From Marsupella aquatica (Eukaryota > Plantae > Marchantiophyta): DNA of 64,000 bases. Location of the stretch: the NCBI GenBank assembly GCA_973895155.1, contig OZ316894.1:124001-188000 (forward strand). Direction: 5' to 3'. Of this stretch, positions 11,288 through 24,830 are shown in pieces. Positions within the stretch are counted from its first letter, which is position 1. The number at the start of each line of letters is the position of its first letter. The translations under genes were made by a program, and so were the position numbers. Below the pieces are notes generated by a model, which saw only the letters and a program-made list of their open reading frames with translations, was not told where the DNA came from and did no database searches.

Positions 11288-14200
11288 TGTCGCATCCCTA
11301 ACCTGGGCCTTAAATCCAGTTTAGTGCCATGGCGCGACCTCGACCACCAGTAGAGGTGAGGGTTCGGGCAAGGAGGTGTCTAGTGACCTCGATTAGCCCT
11401 CAATCGGGCTAAGTCGGTATACTTACTGGTATAATACTTAAGCAATTCGTACTAGTCATAGGTATCTTTTCTTTTCCACCGCTGGAATCTTCCCTCAGTT
11501 AGTGACTCGGACTAACTCCCGGCTTGGGGCTTTTCAAGCCATCGACGCGACAGGACCTTGTGACATACAATGGGTGGCAATCCCTACCATTAGTCCGCAC
11601 CCAGTATGTCCCTTAAAATGGCGCCTTTGCCCAGACAAAGCATACACACAACACCAGTTGCTTGCGGAAACATTAGAGGGAAAAGACTACATTTACTCAG
11701 CGAAGCATCAGTTTACATGGTTGACTCGACTTCAAAGGGGGTCAGCAGGCCCAACGGCAGTCGATGCCCAGTCTCTACGAGGCCCCGCCTCGCACTTGCC
11801 CAGCAAGCTCGACTCTGGCTCTCACTCCTTGGTGCGCTCTGACCCTGCTCAGGCAGGGACTCCCCGTGCCTCACCTTTCTTCTCTTGAGATAACTAAGTC
11901 TTCTCCCCCCTCCATAGCGGAAGGGGAAGCCTAAATACTACAGTTGTGGAAGAGAACCGGAGGATACTACCTTCCGGGATACTACCTACTGACTAACTAC
12001 CTTCTGACTAACTGGCCGTGCTGCACTGACTGGTTGACCGTCGACGACAAGGGTGCCGACCGGGATGGCAGCGGCCAAGCCTACTGACAAAAATCCAGTC
12101 CGTTGATGGACTCCATCCTACGTTGGCTGATCCTAACTGATCCGGCCCTAATTCTTCCTACTGCCGCTAATCGGCGCCTAATGACAGCCATTCTGTCGTT
12201 ACACCTAACCAAAAGATGCCGCTGACTTAACTGCCTCGCGCGGCGCCTGCTTTCACCCTTCGCTAACCACCCCTTACGTGTGTGCTGTGGTTGGACCAGG
12301 GCTGGTCCCCCTGTCGGGGTGAGACCTCAAGCCACCTTGATCAGAGGTGGGCCCAGGTTTTCCCCGCTGGAGGACGAGCAGGGTAACGCGGTCCTGCAAG
12401 GCCTTGTTGTCCTGCACCGCCTCCTCTGCCTTGTTTGCAGCTTCATCGGCCTCGGTCTGGAGCCGCGTTACCTCCAGGTTGAGCTGGTTAATGGAGTCGC
12501 GATGGATCTGGTCCTACGCCAGCAATTTATCCCGTTCGGCGGAGAGACTAGCCACCTGCTGCGCTGCCTGCAGAAATTGTTTGTTGAGATCGGTCAGGCT
12601 GGTAACCCGAGCCGAAGATTCTGAGCGTAATTGAAGCACGGTGTCGTCCAGCTTCTTGAGATCTGCTTGTGCTCCGCTTAACTCCTCGGTTAGTCCGTCC
12701 CTCTGTTCGACGGTGCGGACTAACTCCTCACGGCGGTTAGTGGCCTCCTCCTCGAGGTGCTCTACCAGCATCTGGAGGCACCCAATCTCATTCCCCTTTG
12801 CCATGAGTTCTTCTTCCAAGCGGCTTACGATCCGTGGTTGGTGCTCTAACATGAAGAAGGCTGGTTGAAAGTACGCCGAGACTTGTTGTCCGATGTACGT
12901 CGCCAGCTCCCCAGACATAGTCTGGCTAAACTTCTGGACCAGGTCGTAGGCCATGGTCCCCGGGGCTACTTGGTAGTCCTCCATCCTCTCGGGTACCGGT
13001 GGTTCCTCGGGCGGGGCAACGAGCTCCTCCGTAGTCAACGCTGGGGAGGGGAAGGTTTCTTCAGGTGGTGGAGGGATTGGGGGTGGTTGGACTGCAGGTA
13101 GCGGAGGCTCGACGGAAGGGGGCGGCGGAATTTCCACAGGAGGAGGTGGCGGAGTATTAGTCGGGGCTTCCGGCTCGGGGTTTGCCCGAGGGACGGTAGT
13201 CCGCGTGCTCGGGGTTGCCTCCTCTGGGGCGGGGGTGACATTAGTCGGGGCTGAGGTGGCCATATTCTTTCCTCTGGCCTCCCGCCGTGCTTTGTACCAG
13301 GCGAGGATAATGGCGATATGACTTCCCAAGTAAGTCTTCCCCCCAATAGCCATACCACCTTGAGCCCGCTTCAGCTCCCCCGAGAATCTTCGGTAGAAGA
13401 ATTGGGCCCAGTTTCGCCGTTTGTACTGTTCCACCTGCACAATCGTGTAGAGGGAAATCTCGGATCATGGCTCAATCATGTGTAGGGTAGTCTGTATGAA
13501 GTTAAGCCGCTCCATGCAGCTTAAGTTGGTGCACGACCCCTGCTTGTATCCGTTGTCCGTCTTACCCTCGGGTTTGAAGTGCCGCGGTGTATACTCCTTA
13601 TCCCGAATTCGGAGTTCAACCGGCACCGGCCCGGTTGGTAGGCAGAAGATTTGCGTTAACCGATGCTCCGTGAGTGATAAGGCCTGCCCCAAAACCTTGG
13701 TGGTCGATGCGTCAGTGTCAAAATTGGAGATGAACTCACAAATCTCCTTCGGCCCGGTGGTGCACGGCCTCCATAGCAAGTGAGCGAACTGCTCCAACTG
13801 ATGCTCCTTGAGATAGTCCGCGTGTTTGAGTTTCTTGATCGCAATCCAGACTACTTCGGGGACGCGGATTACTTGTAATAAGTTGGACTTCGGGTTATCC
13901 GGGGGCCGTCGGGTCTGGTTGGCCGGGGGTTTGCCAGGGCAGGTGCAGGCGCGGCGTTGGTTTGCGTTGTTGATTTGGGGGCCGTCGTCGTCCTTGGCCG
14001 CTTACAAGAATGCTGTTCAAGTTGCGGACTAACTCGCTCGAAACCCGAAGAACACTCTGTGTTGATCACTGGACGGACTTGGGACCGGTTCGGCGGTACG
14101 CCGGTGGTCATCGGCTGAGGCACTGGTGGTATCGGGGTAGCCATATCCCAGTTGAAGGAGTTGGAGCTTTCCTTGAGGAACATAAGATTACGCGCCGCTT

Positions 14201-15141
14201 CCCGTTGTCTGCTGATGTCTTCTTGGCGCTTTTCGGCTGCGATCTGCTGGTCTAGGTACCCCGGAATCTTGTCGAACTCCACTTGAGTAAGCCATTGGCT
14301 GCCCTTCAGCTTAAAGAACTTTGCTGGGACTTCAAGAATCGCCTCTGCTACCGATCTAAGCCCTTCCTCGCTGAGATATAGTTTGGTGATGTAGTCTCGC
14401 AGCTCGTTGTAGCTGGAATCCCTGGTGATGGCTGTCTTTTCGCAATTAACCAGCGCTACCTTGGTCACCAGCTTTGCGTATCTTCGTTCATAAGCGGCTT
14501 TCTTGGGACAAGAGTACCAATAAGTCTCGGAGAACTTAGCACCTACTTCGCCAAACAAGGTCCAAAATCTCAAGGCCGTAAGGGTCATACTAACCTCGTA
14601 GTCCGGTTCATTGAGTCCACGTTCCCACCCGGCTGGTCCCTTTTCTCATGGAGGCCTCGCTCGTCCTGACTAAATCTTGCCACATTCTGCTCTTCTTCCT
14701 CGATAATCTCCTTGTAAAGGTCGACTTGATTTGATCAGAAAGGCGAGTGGATGGCAACGTCCGCAAATTCCAAAAAGGTAGACATGAGCAAATGGCCCGC
14801 AGCGCCATCGGCTCCTCTCTTATGGAGGTGCCAGGATGAGCCCGCGCGTGAGAAGGCCAGGCCGTTTTGGTCATTGATAATGAGCTGAAGTCGGCGCCTC
14901 GGTCCAAGCGTGATTCTTCTAACTGATTTTTACTCCGCTGCCGCCACCGTACCTCGGTCGCGCGTAATAATCCTCTTCCTGAACTCGTAATCATTCAGTC
15001 ATCTTAACCTACTCCTAATCTATTCATAATGGCAACAGACGGTTATACGTGCTATTCTACGCTATGGCTACGGTCCTAATGCCCGTATAAGACCTAATCT
15101 ACGACCTGGGTTTGGTTAAGTGACACGTTACCCGTGTCACA
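11288..15141 (-). repeat. 5' LTR (about 3.85 kb)
   Basis: TGTCGCA...GTCACA, a direct repeat of 1344-5183 with scattered substitutions and an indel of about 18 bp near 14478. Confidence 0.93.
12274..14588 (-). pseudogene. Second copy of the LTR-encoded accessory protein, in the 5' LTR
   Basis: ORFs 13869-14588, 13465-13797 and 12514-13440 are near-identical to those at 2330-4630, with different breakpoints. Confidence 0.65.
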
Positions 15142-16238
15142 CTTAGTTTGTGACATTGTAGTTGGTGATGTGATGCAGCATCGTATGAGTTTTGTTTTGC
15201 CTGCAAAGCCTGTGCATGCACCATACCAGCAAGGGGGCTGACCTCTGATCAAGGTTGGCGAGGTGGTAGTAGCGGTAAATCCCAGGCTGGTGCCCAATAC
15301 TATGGCAAGGGGCAGAGTAGCAATTATGCCCGTAGTAGAGGTAGAGCAAGTCCAAACCCACAATCTCGTGGGTACAGACGTCCACCTCAACCATGGGGAT
15401 GTGAGTATATATATATATGTCAGTTCTTTGTTAATTAGACGTAGCATTTGTGAATTTCAGACTGCATAACAATGTTTGACATTGTTTGGGATTGGATGAA
15501 CAACATGAAATTCATTCCACTTGCCATTGCATGCAGATTCCGCTCAACCTGATCGGGCAAATGCTGGTAATGATGAGTTTCAATGTCCACCAGAACAGAC
15601 ATGGGTTGAACCAGGTTGGGAGGATGGTGATGGGTCCTGGAATCAACAAGGCTGGGAAGGTGGTGAAGGTAATTGGCAAGGCTTTCAGAACACAGTACCT
15701 ACAAATGCCGGAAGAGGGGCAGGTAATGTATGAAGTAGTTTGCAATGGAAGAACTCATTTTATCTGTAGTCCATTCATGTGGGTATACTCTGTACATGTA
15801 CAATGATAGCAAATGTATGTGTGCAGGTTGGACAGTCAAACCGTTGACGCAAGTATTCACTGATGCCCCTATGCAGATGCAGCACAGAAGGGGGGCAGGT
15901 ATTTTGGAATGTTGACATGTTTCCCTACAGTTTACTGATTTACTAAGTTATCACTACATATGTCTGCACATCCTAGCTAGAAAGTGACAACATTTGTGCC
16001 CTGTACTAGGCTGGACAGGTGGTCCAAGGTCGCAACAATTCCAAAGTGCAGTCCCTACACAAATGTCTACTGGCAGAGCTACAGGTATATATGTTGGTTC
16101 AATTTTTGTTAAATAGATGCATTGAATGGTGCCAATAGGTGTTTGTAATAAATATTTCTGGTATATATAGTTCTCAAGCATGAATGGCATTGTATTTGCC
16201 CAGGTGACTTCAGAACCTCAGGTAGGGCGAATCAGGGG

Positions 16239-18279
16239 GTGCCCATTAATATTACACCGCCCAGTATTGCAGAGAGCAGTGCACAAGGGGAGGTGACGAA
16301 GAAAAGGACAGTAAAGTTGAATGACAGACAATGGGTGGATGCTGAGTGTCCTCACAAAAACCAATGGCATGTTGATTTGAAAGCTGAAGTATTGCGCTGG
16401 TTAGATGTGAGTGTTAGTAATTTGAAAAAGCAGTATCCAAAAGATTGGAAGACTGTATGTGAAAATGTTGCTGCCAAATGGAATTATGTGGGCAGTGATA
16501 ATATCGTGGACATAGGTTGCTTGGAAAGTACAACAGGTAAAATCATTAAGCAAGAGAGATGGAGAATGCATAAGGCTTGGAAGGATGGTGGGGAGAAGCC
16601 AAATATGCCTCCACCAGCAAGTTGTGATGATAAAGTGTGGACAAAATTACTAGCTTATTTTGTGACTGATGCTGCAAAAAAGAAGAGTTCACAAATCACC
16701 AAGGCCAGGTTGAGTATTCAGAACCCTAATCTGACAGGAAGGATTGGCACTGCACCGATAGCAAAACACTTGGTAAGAATCAATGGCAAGTTATGTAATT
16801 CATGCTACACTATGTTGACCTGTTGACTTTGTTTTTCAGTGTTCATTGGAAAATGATAACTTGTGCTTGCCATGCATGTGCAAAAAGCCCAATTGGGGCA
16901 AAGCCCTTCAAAAGAAGAGTTGAGAGCTGAAGTTGTGAACAATAGGGCATGTGAGGCATCTGAATCCTCCAAGCACGTAAGTCAAATGAGTTCTGATTGG
17001 TAATTGAATTACCTGTGTTGAATTTTAGGTGTACACATATCATTGATTGTGCATATATTGCCCAACATTCATATGGAGTGATTCACTATTGCCCTATATC
17101 ATGTAGGGAGGTGGATCTTCACTTACGGAGATAAGTGATCGTTTAAAGGTCGTGGAAACATGTCTTCTAGAGATCAATGAACGTTTGAATTCATTGACTG
17201 ACTTGTTCCATGTGAACTTCAAGTCATTAATGAAAGCCGTTGTGTCAGTGAGAGATAAAATTGATTGCAGTTCTGCAGGAGTTCCACCATCACCACTTGA
17301 GATGACAAAGTTTATGCACTCTTTTGGCTTGCCAACGACATGTAGGCTTGAAGGTAATCTCCTTATAACTTTGTGGGATATGATTATAAAATCTATTGTT
17401 TGACATAGTGTTTGAATGTGTTATTTTTAGTAACATATATTGTGGTTGTTGTGCCCATAGAGAATAAGACAGGTGCTGCAGAGAAGAAGTATGATCACCT
17501 GGCAACTAGTCGCTGCAATGTAGAGGCAACAAAGTTGCAGTCTGTACATGCAACTAATTTGACAGCGGGCAGTCAACTATGTTTGGTTGAGGATGAGATT
17601 GGCAAGGGATTGGATGATATCAATGTTGGGGCAAGGGAGGATATCAGCAAACGTGACAATGATACCATTGAGCCAGATTCAGGTGATGTGGAGCAGGGTT
17701 TGTGCTATGTAGATCTTGATCCCATTGCAGAGATGAATGATTTGCAGAATGTGTCATTGTCAACGACAGGTGTGCCTCTTGTTGTCATAAATCCAATTGA
17801 AGAGTTAGTTGGTATGGCACTCCCAGGTGACGAACCTGCTATTGTGACAGTCCCAGCAGAGGCACCTATTGAGCCTAGCTTCACTACTATGAAGAGAGGA
17901 AGCATGCGCACACGAAGCAAGTCTGCTGGGAGCACAGCCACGTCAAAGGTTTCATACAAACCTCCAAGATCGGTGCTGGCAGAGAGATCTAAGGTACATG
18001 GAAGTGGGGAAGGCACCTAATGCAGAGGGACAAAGTGGCTTGTTAGCTGTTGATGAAAGTGGAACACGAGTAGGATTTGGCAGAGTGCAAGTTGGTTCTA
18101 CAACGTTCCATGGCAAGAGGATCCCACTAGGTTATTCAGTAGTGTTAATCACATTACTAGTGAAACCTAAAGCTGTCCTTCCCATTCCAAACACAAATGA
18201 TGATCCTCCTCAGAAGACACTTGGAGATGCTGCAGGTTCTTTGGTATTATGGCCAAACAAGTTCATAGAGGATACATAA
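16239..18279 (+). CDS. CACTA TnpA/ORF2-like protein, spliced (Ptta/En-Spm-like exon plus C-terminal Tnp1/En-Spm-like domain)
   Basis: PASCDDKVWTKLLAYF...KKKSSQITKAR...NLTGRIG at 16239-16773. FHGKRIPLGYSVVLI...LPIP...TLGDAAGSLVLWP at 17998-18279. GT-AG intron signals lie between them. Confidence 0.7.
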
Positions 18280-19119
18280 CAATGTCATGTCATTATGTGT
18301 TTGTAGTGTGAGTCATGCTTTGTAGATTTTAGAATTCAAGAAGCAATGCATAATTGATAGTATCATGCATTTACTTTCAATTATTTCAAACAAATATCAG
18401 TTTACAAGTTCCTATTTTCTCTGAATTACATTGATGACATTGTAAACTATTCCATTGTAATTGAATTGATCATCATCTTTTAGCAATATTGTGTTTCTGT
18501 TGAATTCTTATGAATGTTTTATGTAGGATCTGCTTATATCATGTTTTGTTTCATGTGGATGTCATTCATGCTCTGTTCATTTCTTGTATTCAATGTGTTA
18601 TACTTCTAAAGTGTGAACATGAGTGTTTCTATGTATTGCAATGTGGAGTGCTCATGAATCGACTCTCTCTCCTTATGAATTGTTACACAATTCATTAGTC
18701 ATGGTTACAACTTCCTTAAATTCCATCTCAACCTGATTAGTTATGAACATGACTATACAGAGACCCAAATGGTTCTGTTGTGTGACCCGGACCAGGGTCT
18801 CCATTGGTCTATTATGTGACACTAAAAGGTCGTTGGTTTTGCGCTGTGAAGGGCGAGTAAGTCATGGACATGACTTACCCTGTGACTAATTAAAGTCACA
18901 TTGCAGTCACGTATCAACGAGGCTAGACTCCATAATGGAGTCACAAATCAGTCACAAATGGGTATCAAGCAAGTCGCAATGTCCAGTATCAATAGTGACT
19001 TCTATTTTTTGGTCTCAACTTTTGCAACTCCAAGGGTCACAGCCTAGGTCACGTCACGTTGAGTCACAATGAAGTCACATGAGCCAAAATGAGTCACATA
19101 TTGCGGTCTCAAATGACCT

Positions 19120-19134
19120 CGGTTTCTTCTAGTG
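19120..19134 (-). repeat. CACTA terminal inverted repeat
   Basis: Reverse complement reads CACTAGAAGAAACCG; integrase coding sequence follows directly. Confidence 0.85.
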
Positions 19135-19830
19135 ACACTTTCTCAATCACACGATTGCGCATCTGACCGAGAACTACTTGGTCACCCATCGGAAGACCAC
19201 CCCCTACCATCCACAAGCAAATGGGCTAACGGAGAGAGCAAATGGGATTATGGGGAAGATCCTCAACAAGACGGTATCGGCCCACAAGACTGACTGGGAT
19301 TTGAAGTTGCTCGCTGCAACATACGCCTACAACTTGGCCCACAAAACCACCACTGACCATACCCCCTACTTCCTTGTGTTTGGCCAACATTCTCTGTACC
19401 GGTGGAATTTGAAGTGCCCACCATCCGAATCTTGACCAGGGAGAGGGACGGAGAGGAAAGAAGTGCAGCAGCTCGGATCCAGCAGTTGGAACAGCTAACA
19501 GAAATACGTGAGCATGCTCTAGAGCGTATAGAGCAACAACAAACCAAATGGAAGTTACACTATGATGCCCGCCTTCGACGCACGACCATTGAGCCGGGAG
19601 ATTTGGTGCTACTCTACGACAGTCGATTTATGCATTTCCCGGGAAAGTTACACACGCGGTGGATGGGACCCTACTTTGTAGACAAGGTCTACCCAAATGG
19701 ATCTGTTCAACTCAAAACATTGGAGGGACAGCTACTTAACACTCGCATCAACCAGGAGCGGCTGAAGAAGTATTACACGGAAGAGGAGTATGGTGCTGGC
19801 GGGGACGCTTCGCAATTAAGAGGGGAGCTA
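19135..19830 (+). pseudogene. pol: Ty3/Gypsy integrase C-terminal half, the target of the CACTA insertion; ends in a PPT
   Basis: HFLN..HRKTTPYHPQANGLTER..KLHTRWMGPY, closely related to 5136-6617. PPT AAGAGGGGAGCTA. Confidence 0.9.
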
Positions 19831-21453
19831 TGTGACGGGGCCAATGGTCCCAAGGAATGATTTTAAGGGGTAGTAGTGACGCACAAATGTAAATAAATAG
19901 ATTTGTGTCAAGTTTTTTTGCTTTTGTTCTCTTACAACCTCGCCGAAGATAGTTTACGTACAATAAGATGTCCTCTTAATTTTAGTTGTCGGCCAAGCCT
20001 CAGGATAAGGGGGGCTTGGCCACTGGCCGGGGCAAGACAAGGCATGTACCCTAATGCCCTTCCATGTGGCGTTGGGGGATTCCTATCTTTTTATTTTTAA
20101 GCGGCCCTAGTATTAGCGTAGTGGGGGCCGGGTTGAAGGGCGAGAGTGGCCAAGTGCCACTTTTGGGTGTCGGCCAACCAATAGAGTGCCGGCCAAACAA
20201 CAAGCCGGCCTGGGAGGAAGAAGGCGGCCTGCAAGGCAGCAAGCCGGCCAAGGAGGGTGTTGGCCAACAGTAAGGTGGCCTGAGGGGAGGGGCCCCGGCC
20301 AGGAGGACAGTGAGGGTTCCAGTGGCCAGTCCATAGATGAGGATCTTACTACAAGCAAGCAGTCAAATGACGGTTAGTACGGGAGCCGTACGGACCTTGG
20401 CCACACAAAAGTTGAATTTTTCAATCTTCTCAGAATCAAGAACTCATGGGCTTATTAGAAGGAGCTCGTCGAGCTGAATCTAACGATGTAAGACACGCCT
20501 CAAACGGAGTTAAAATGAGAGAGATACGGACCGGAGTGTTTTGGTGAAGAATTAGGGTCCGATGCCGTACGGCCTTCAGGAGAGTGACCTGGCCAATTCA
20601 GGGCATGTGGCCATGGCCAGGGTACCTCAATTTGATGTCGTGATGGGGGGCTGGGACCGTACGGACTATTTAGACGCGGCGGTGGCCAAGGTAGAGTTTG
20701 GGACTCGGTAGGCCGTATCTCGGGCGTCTGATGTCCGTTTTGGGAGCTGTTTTTGGGGTTACAATCAGGATGGCCGTGGCTACTCATGAAATTTCTCAGG
20801 ACCAGATTTCGATCAACTTCTACTTTCGGCTATTTCCATGGCCAGGGTAGTGGGAGGCGTTGGCCACCACGTAGTAGGGAGGTAGGCCATGGCCTACTCA
20901 TATAGGACTTAGTCTAGTTTTTGATTAGGTGGTGTGAGGACCGACGAAGGCACCGTTAGCCTCACTTGGGTAGCAATAGGGTTAGGAGTGCATGTGTGTG
21001 CCACATGTGTAGAAGGCTTTTAGGTTAGAGGCGCCGCCAGTGGATGGCGGCCAGCCAGGGCAGTGGCCGCCGCCACACCCTAGGGCTTGTGTGTTCATGC
21101 ATTGTTGTTTTTGGTATTTAACCGGCAGCCCCTGGTAGGAGCAAGGGGGGGAACTCAGTCTAGTGTTGGTTTTTGTGAGGATTAGTCTTCAATAAGAGTA
21201 GGGAATCGATCCGAAGTATTGAGGTGGAGAGGGCTCATTGTCCCGGAGGCAGTAGTTGGGTAGACGGTAGGAGACCGGGTTGCCCATGCAATGTGTTACC
21301 TTGGCCACTAATAGATATGGATTCGGTTGGATTTTCATGACTTCTTGTGTGTTGTTCCCTCTCTTGGTTGCATGATTGTGTTCTTCCCCTAGTATGAGTA
21401 TTTAGAGAAACTTACATGGATTGGTCGACCCTGTGAGTGGGAGAGTGGTGACA
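19831..21453 (+). repeat. 3' LTR of the second Gypsy element (right end tentative)
   Basis: Starts TGTGACG directly after the PPT. Candidate end GGTGACA at 21453; no partner LTR is in the window to confirm it. Confidence 0.5.
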
Positions 21454-22529
21454 GCACTTTGCCAAAGGCCAGGAGGAGTAGAAACAAGGTAGTCCACGGG
21501 ACTTGATCAAAAGCAGAGTACGTATAGTCGGTAGACTTGATCAAAAAATTCATTTCCGAGAGCGAAAATGAATCTACTCATCCTTAGTATGAAATTGATC
21601 CATATAGCGTCCCTCCACGTCCCCGTCATACGATACAAACAATTTTTAGTGGAACCATGTGGTGTTTGTTGTGTTAGTCGTTTGATAAGCAGGTGACAGG
21701 CCCGCATGGCCTTGCCATAAGCTGAAACTAAGGTCGGCATCACTGTTTGTCTGGAACAGTCTATCTACCGGATGTCGCCCAAGCTTCCCCACTTTCTACC
21801 CGTCAATGGCTGACCGCCCTGCCTCCAGGACATGCCCATGGCCCAATCTCAGTTTGTCACAAACTAGTAGTAACACGCCGGGACCATTCAATTTCTAGAT
21901 CTTATCCACCTCTCGGTGAAACCGGGTTCCGCTCAACCTCTCACCATGCATCGGGACCAGTTCTCAATGGCAGCCCCCAGAGTCTACTTGGTTCTACCTC
22001 TCCAATATCAGGTCCCCGTGGGAACCAAATGTGGTTTGGTCACTGTTCAACTTTGGATCAGCAAGAGGGACTCCCCCCATTGCAAGCCTCAAAACCAAAA
22101 CCATCCAATGCACAATCAAAGAGCACCATGAGTTAGATTTCTTCATTAGCTTTCCAACGAGCCCAAGAACTCCCCCAACGGAGATCCGGTCGTCGAGTTA
22201 TGTTTGTTTCTGCTTCAAAACTCGAAACGACGTATCTTCGTCGATCGCGATCAGCTCGAGCTCAAAGTTGAGAGGACCACTCCCCTCATATATGCTTCTG
22301 GGGACCTGCCACCCCCGGGCCAGCTTTGGTCCCCTATCTTTGGCCCCTACCCGAGGGTCCGTGGGCTCCGCCACTTAGCTCGAAACAAAGATAATCGAAA
22401 ACCTTCCGTAACTTGGTCTCGAGCACAAATTGTGGCATAGGGGGCTAAAAGTTACTGCCCTAACCCCGCTCTGGTCCAGGCAACCCCCTCTTGGTCTATC
22501 GATGCGCGGCGACTCTAATCGAGTCTAAA

Positions 22530-22830
22530 TCGGCCATAACTTTTGGCCCCTAGGTCCGTTGGCCGAAAAATTCGCAGCCCCATGATCGGGCTCATGTGGG
22601 GCTTCTTGGGCTCCTATGGTGATCCATCGGAAAAATAGTTTATTTTTTTGTGATCAGCAACGGGCCCAAACTACAAGTATGCGGCTTGAGTCGGCCATAA
22701 CTTTTGGCCCCTAGGTCCGTTGGCCAAGAAATATGCGGACCCATGATTGGGCTCATGTGGGGCTTCTCGGGCCCCTATGGTGATCCTTCGGAAAAATAGT
22801 TCATTTTTCCGTGATCGGCAACGGGCCCAA
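22530..22830. repeat. Tandem duplication, period about 161 bp, about 1.9 copies
   Basis: CGGCCATAACTTTTGGCCCCTAGGTCCGTTGGCC at 22531 and 22692. Confidence 0.85.
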
Positions 22831-24039
22831 TAGAGTTAAATTGGAGTGCACTTTTCTCAAGTCTTGTCCTTGCTCTTACTAGCCTCCTCTTTGTTAGTCG
22901 CATCCCTAATGGCCATGATGGTAACAAATCTAAGAGGGGCTCAATGCTGGAGTTAGGCAACGTCGGAGCAATTACAAGTAGGTGAAAGTTGTATTTGCAA
23001 CTGGAAGGAGGCGTTGTCCTGGGAATAGTAAACTCTCAAGAACACGTTGGGTGTCTGGCTGCATGTGCTAATTATGTTATTTACCACTTGTAAAATACCT
23101 CATGCTTAGAATCAATTCCCTTGAGAGCCTTGTCCCCTCCCGACCATTTCTCAAGTTTCTTGGGTTTCCTTGTGCCTCTTGCGGTTTTCTCCAGATAAAC
23201 TGGGTGGAAAGGGCGTACCCTTTTACGCAAGGACTCCTAAGCACTTTTGGTACCAAGAGATATATGTGATCTACTCCATATATTGGCAATAACACCAGAG
23301 TAGTTGGGGCTAGATCCACACTCCACAAATCTCTCTTCCAAGTGATAATCTTCTCTACGTACTTCTTTGAACTCTCGGCTATGATCTCTCATCTATTCCA
23401 CTATTACAAAAACACTCACACCCTCATTTGTGCATCTAAAGAGTATTAATGGATCCAACGACGCGATAATTGCAGTGTATCCTTCCTCCCCAAACTTCTG
23501 TGTAAGAACCTGCCTAATATCTATCTTCCTCTTTATTATCAACTTAATGTTCACCGTAGAACGCAAATTAAAAAATGACGGACTCTCATTCAAATCAATA
23601 TTGACATTCATACTCTATATATGCTTTCTATCTAAGAGAGGTTCAATGGCAGAGCCGTTCTTACTTGATCATCGGTTTGTAGACGTTATATCTATGGTAT
23701 TGGCGGCATAGCCGACCTTGCCAAATTCAAAGCTCCACCTTCAAGGTTCTCGAGTGGTGGCCATGCCTTCCATGACCAAGAATCAGGAAACTTAAAACCC
23801 TTTCACCATAGCAACCAGCGGCATAGCCATTCCGTTTAGTCCTAGAACCAATGTTCAAACATTCCTCCAATGCAAATCTAATACACACAATATGCACTCT
23901 ATGCACTCTCTATCCTCGCACTCATAGGCTTGAAATGCTAGAAAATGGACTCCCCTAGGAGGGCAAGCCTCCCTCTTATTTATAGTTAGAGCTAGGGGGT
24001 ACACAACATCATCAGTTATCAGTTATCTAAAAAATTTTA

Positions 24040-24830
24040 GAATCTCAGCCGAGGAGTTGAGATGAGGCCTTCGAACTTCCGCTCATCTAAGCTGGGCAGC
24101 CGAGATTGATTCAATCTCGGTTGACCTCGCCGAGATGGGCGTAAGGACCAAAAAAAAATCAAAAAATCAAAAAAACCAAAAAATTTCCCAAAAAAAAAAA
24201 AATTGGAAAAAAATATTTGAAATTTTTTTCCCTATCTTAGCTGGCCTCGCCGAGATGGGGCGTACGGACCAAAAAAAATTGAAAAAATTGAAAAAAAAAC
24301 CAAAAATTGAAAAAAAAAAATTGAAAAAAAAAATTTCTGAAATTTTTTTCCCATCTCGACTGGGCTCGCCGAGATAGGTGTCTGTACGGTACGTACGCCT
24401 CATGGCGAAATTTTTTTTGAAGAAAAATTCAAGATTTTTGTTTTTCTTCATTTTTTTCTTTTTCGCATCACAACTTGGCGGCCTCTCTGAGATGAGGTGG
24501 CAGCTAATATCAGGTACACTGATGAAAGTGACTGATAATTGATGAGATTACTTATCTCAGAGCTAGGCCACGATGGTTCTTTTACAAGAGTATCCTAGAA
24601 GATACTAGAACTTACTAAAAATTACTAGATTTTACTTTTTTACCATAGTAAATTCTAGAAATTACCAGAATTTACCTTTTTATTATGGTAAATTCTAGAA
24701 ATTACTATTTACTATGGTAGATTCTACAAGTTACCAAAAATTGTTTTTTTATTATGGTAAATTCTAGAAATTACTTTTTACTGTGGTAATTCCTAAAAAT
24801 TACCAAGACTTATAATTTTACTTTGATAAA
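24040..24830. repeat. A-tract repeats with CTCGCCGAGAT motifs, then AAATTCTAGAAATTAC repeats; probable TE subterminal region
   Basis: CTCGCCGAGAT at about 24126, 24247 and 24365. Repeated gtaaattctagaaattac at 24600-24810. Confidence 0.6.

Larger units (their letters stand above)
1344..15141 (-). mobile_element. Full-length Ty3/Gypsy LTR retrotransposon (non-chromovirus, Athila/Tat-related), degenerate
   Basis: Two near-identical TG...CA LTRs. 5-bp TSD CTTAG at 1339-1343 and 15142-15146. Order gag-PR-RT-RH-IN on the minus strand. PBS and PPT present. Confidence 0.95.
1..19134 (+). mobile_element. CACTA (En/Spm) DNA transposon, 3' portion; interrupted by the LTR element at 1344-15141; left end lies outside the window
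   Basis: Ends ...CGGTTTCTTCTAGTG at 19134 (reverse complement CACTAGAAGAAACCG). GTCACA subterminal repeats at about 18780-19110. TnpA-like exons at 16239-18279. The CTTAG TSD joins 1343 to 15147. Including 1-1343 in the element is inferred from this continuity. Confidence 0.75.

Noticed and set aside
24135-24451. Lys-rich and Phe-rich ORFs
   Set aside because: Artefacts of poly-A/T tracts.
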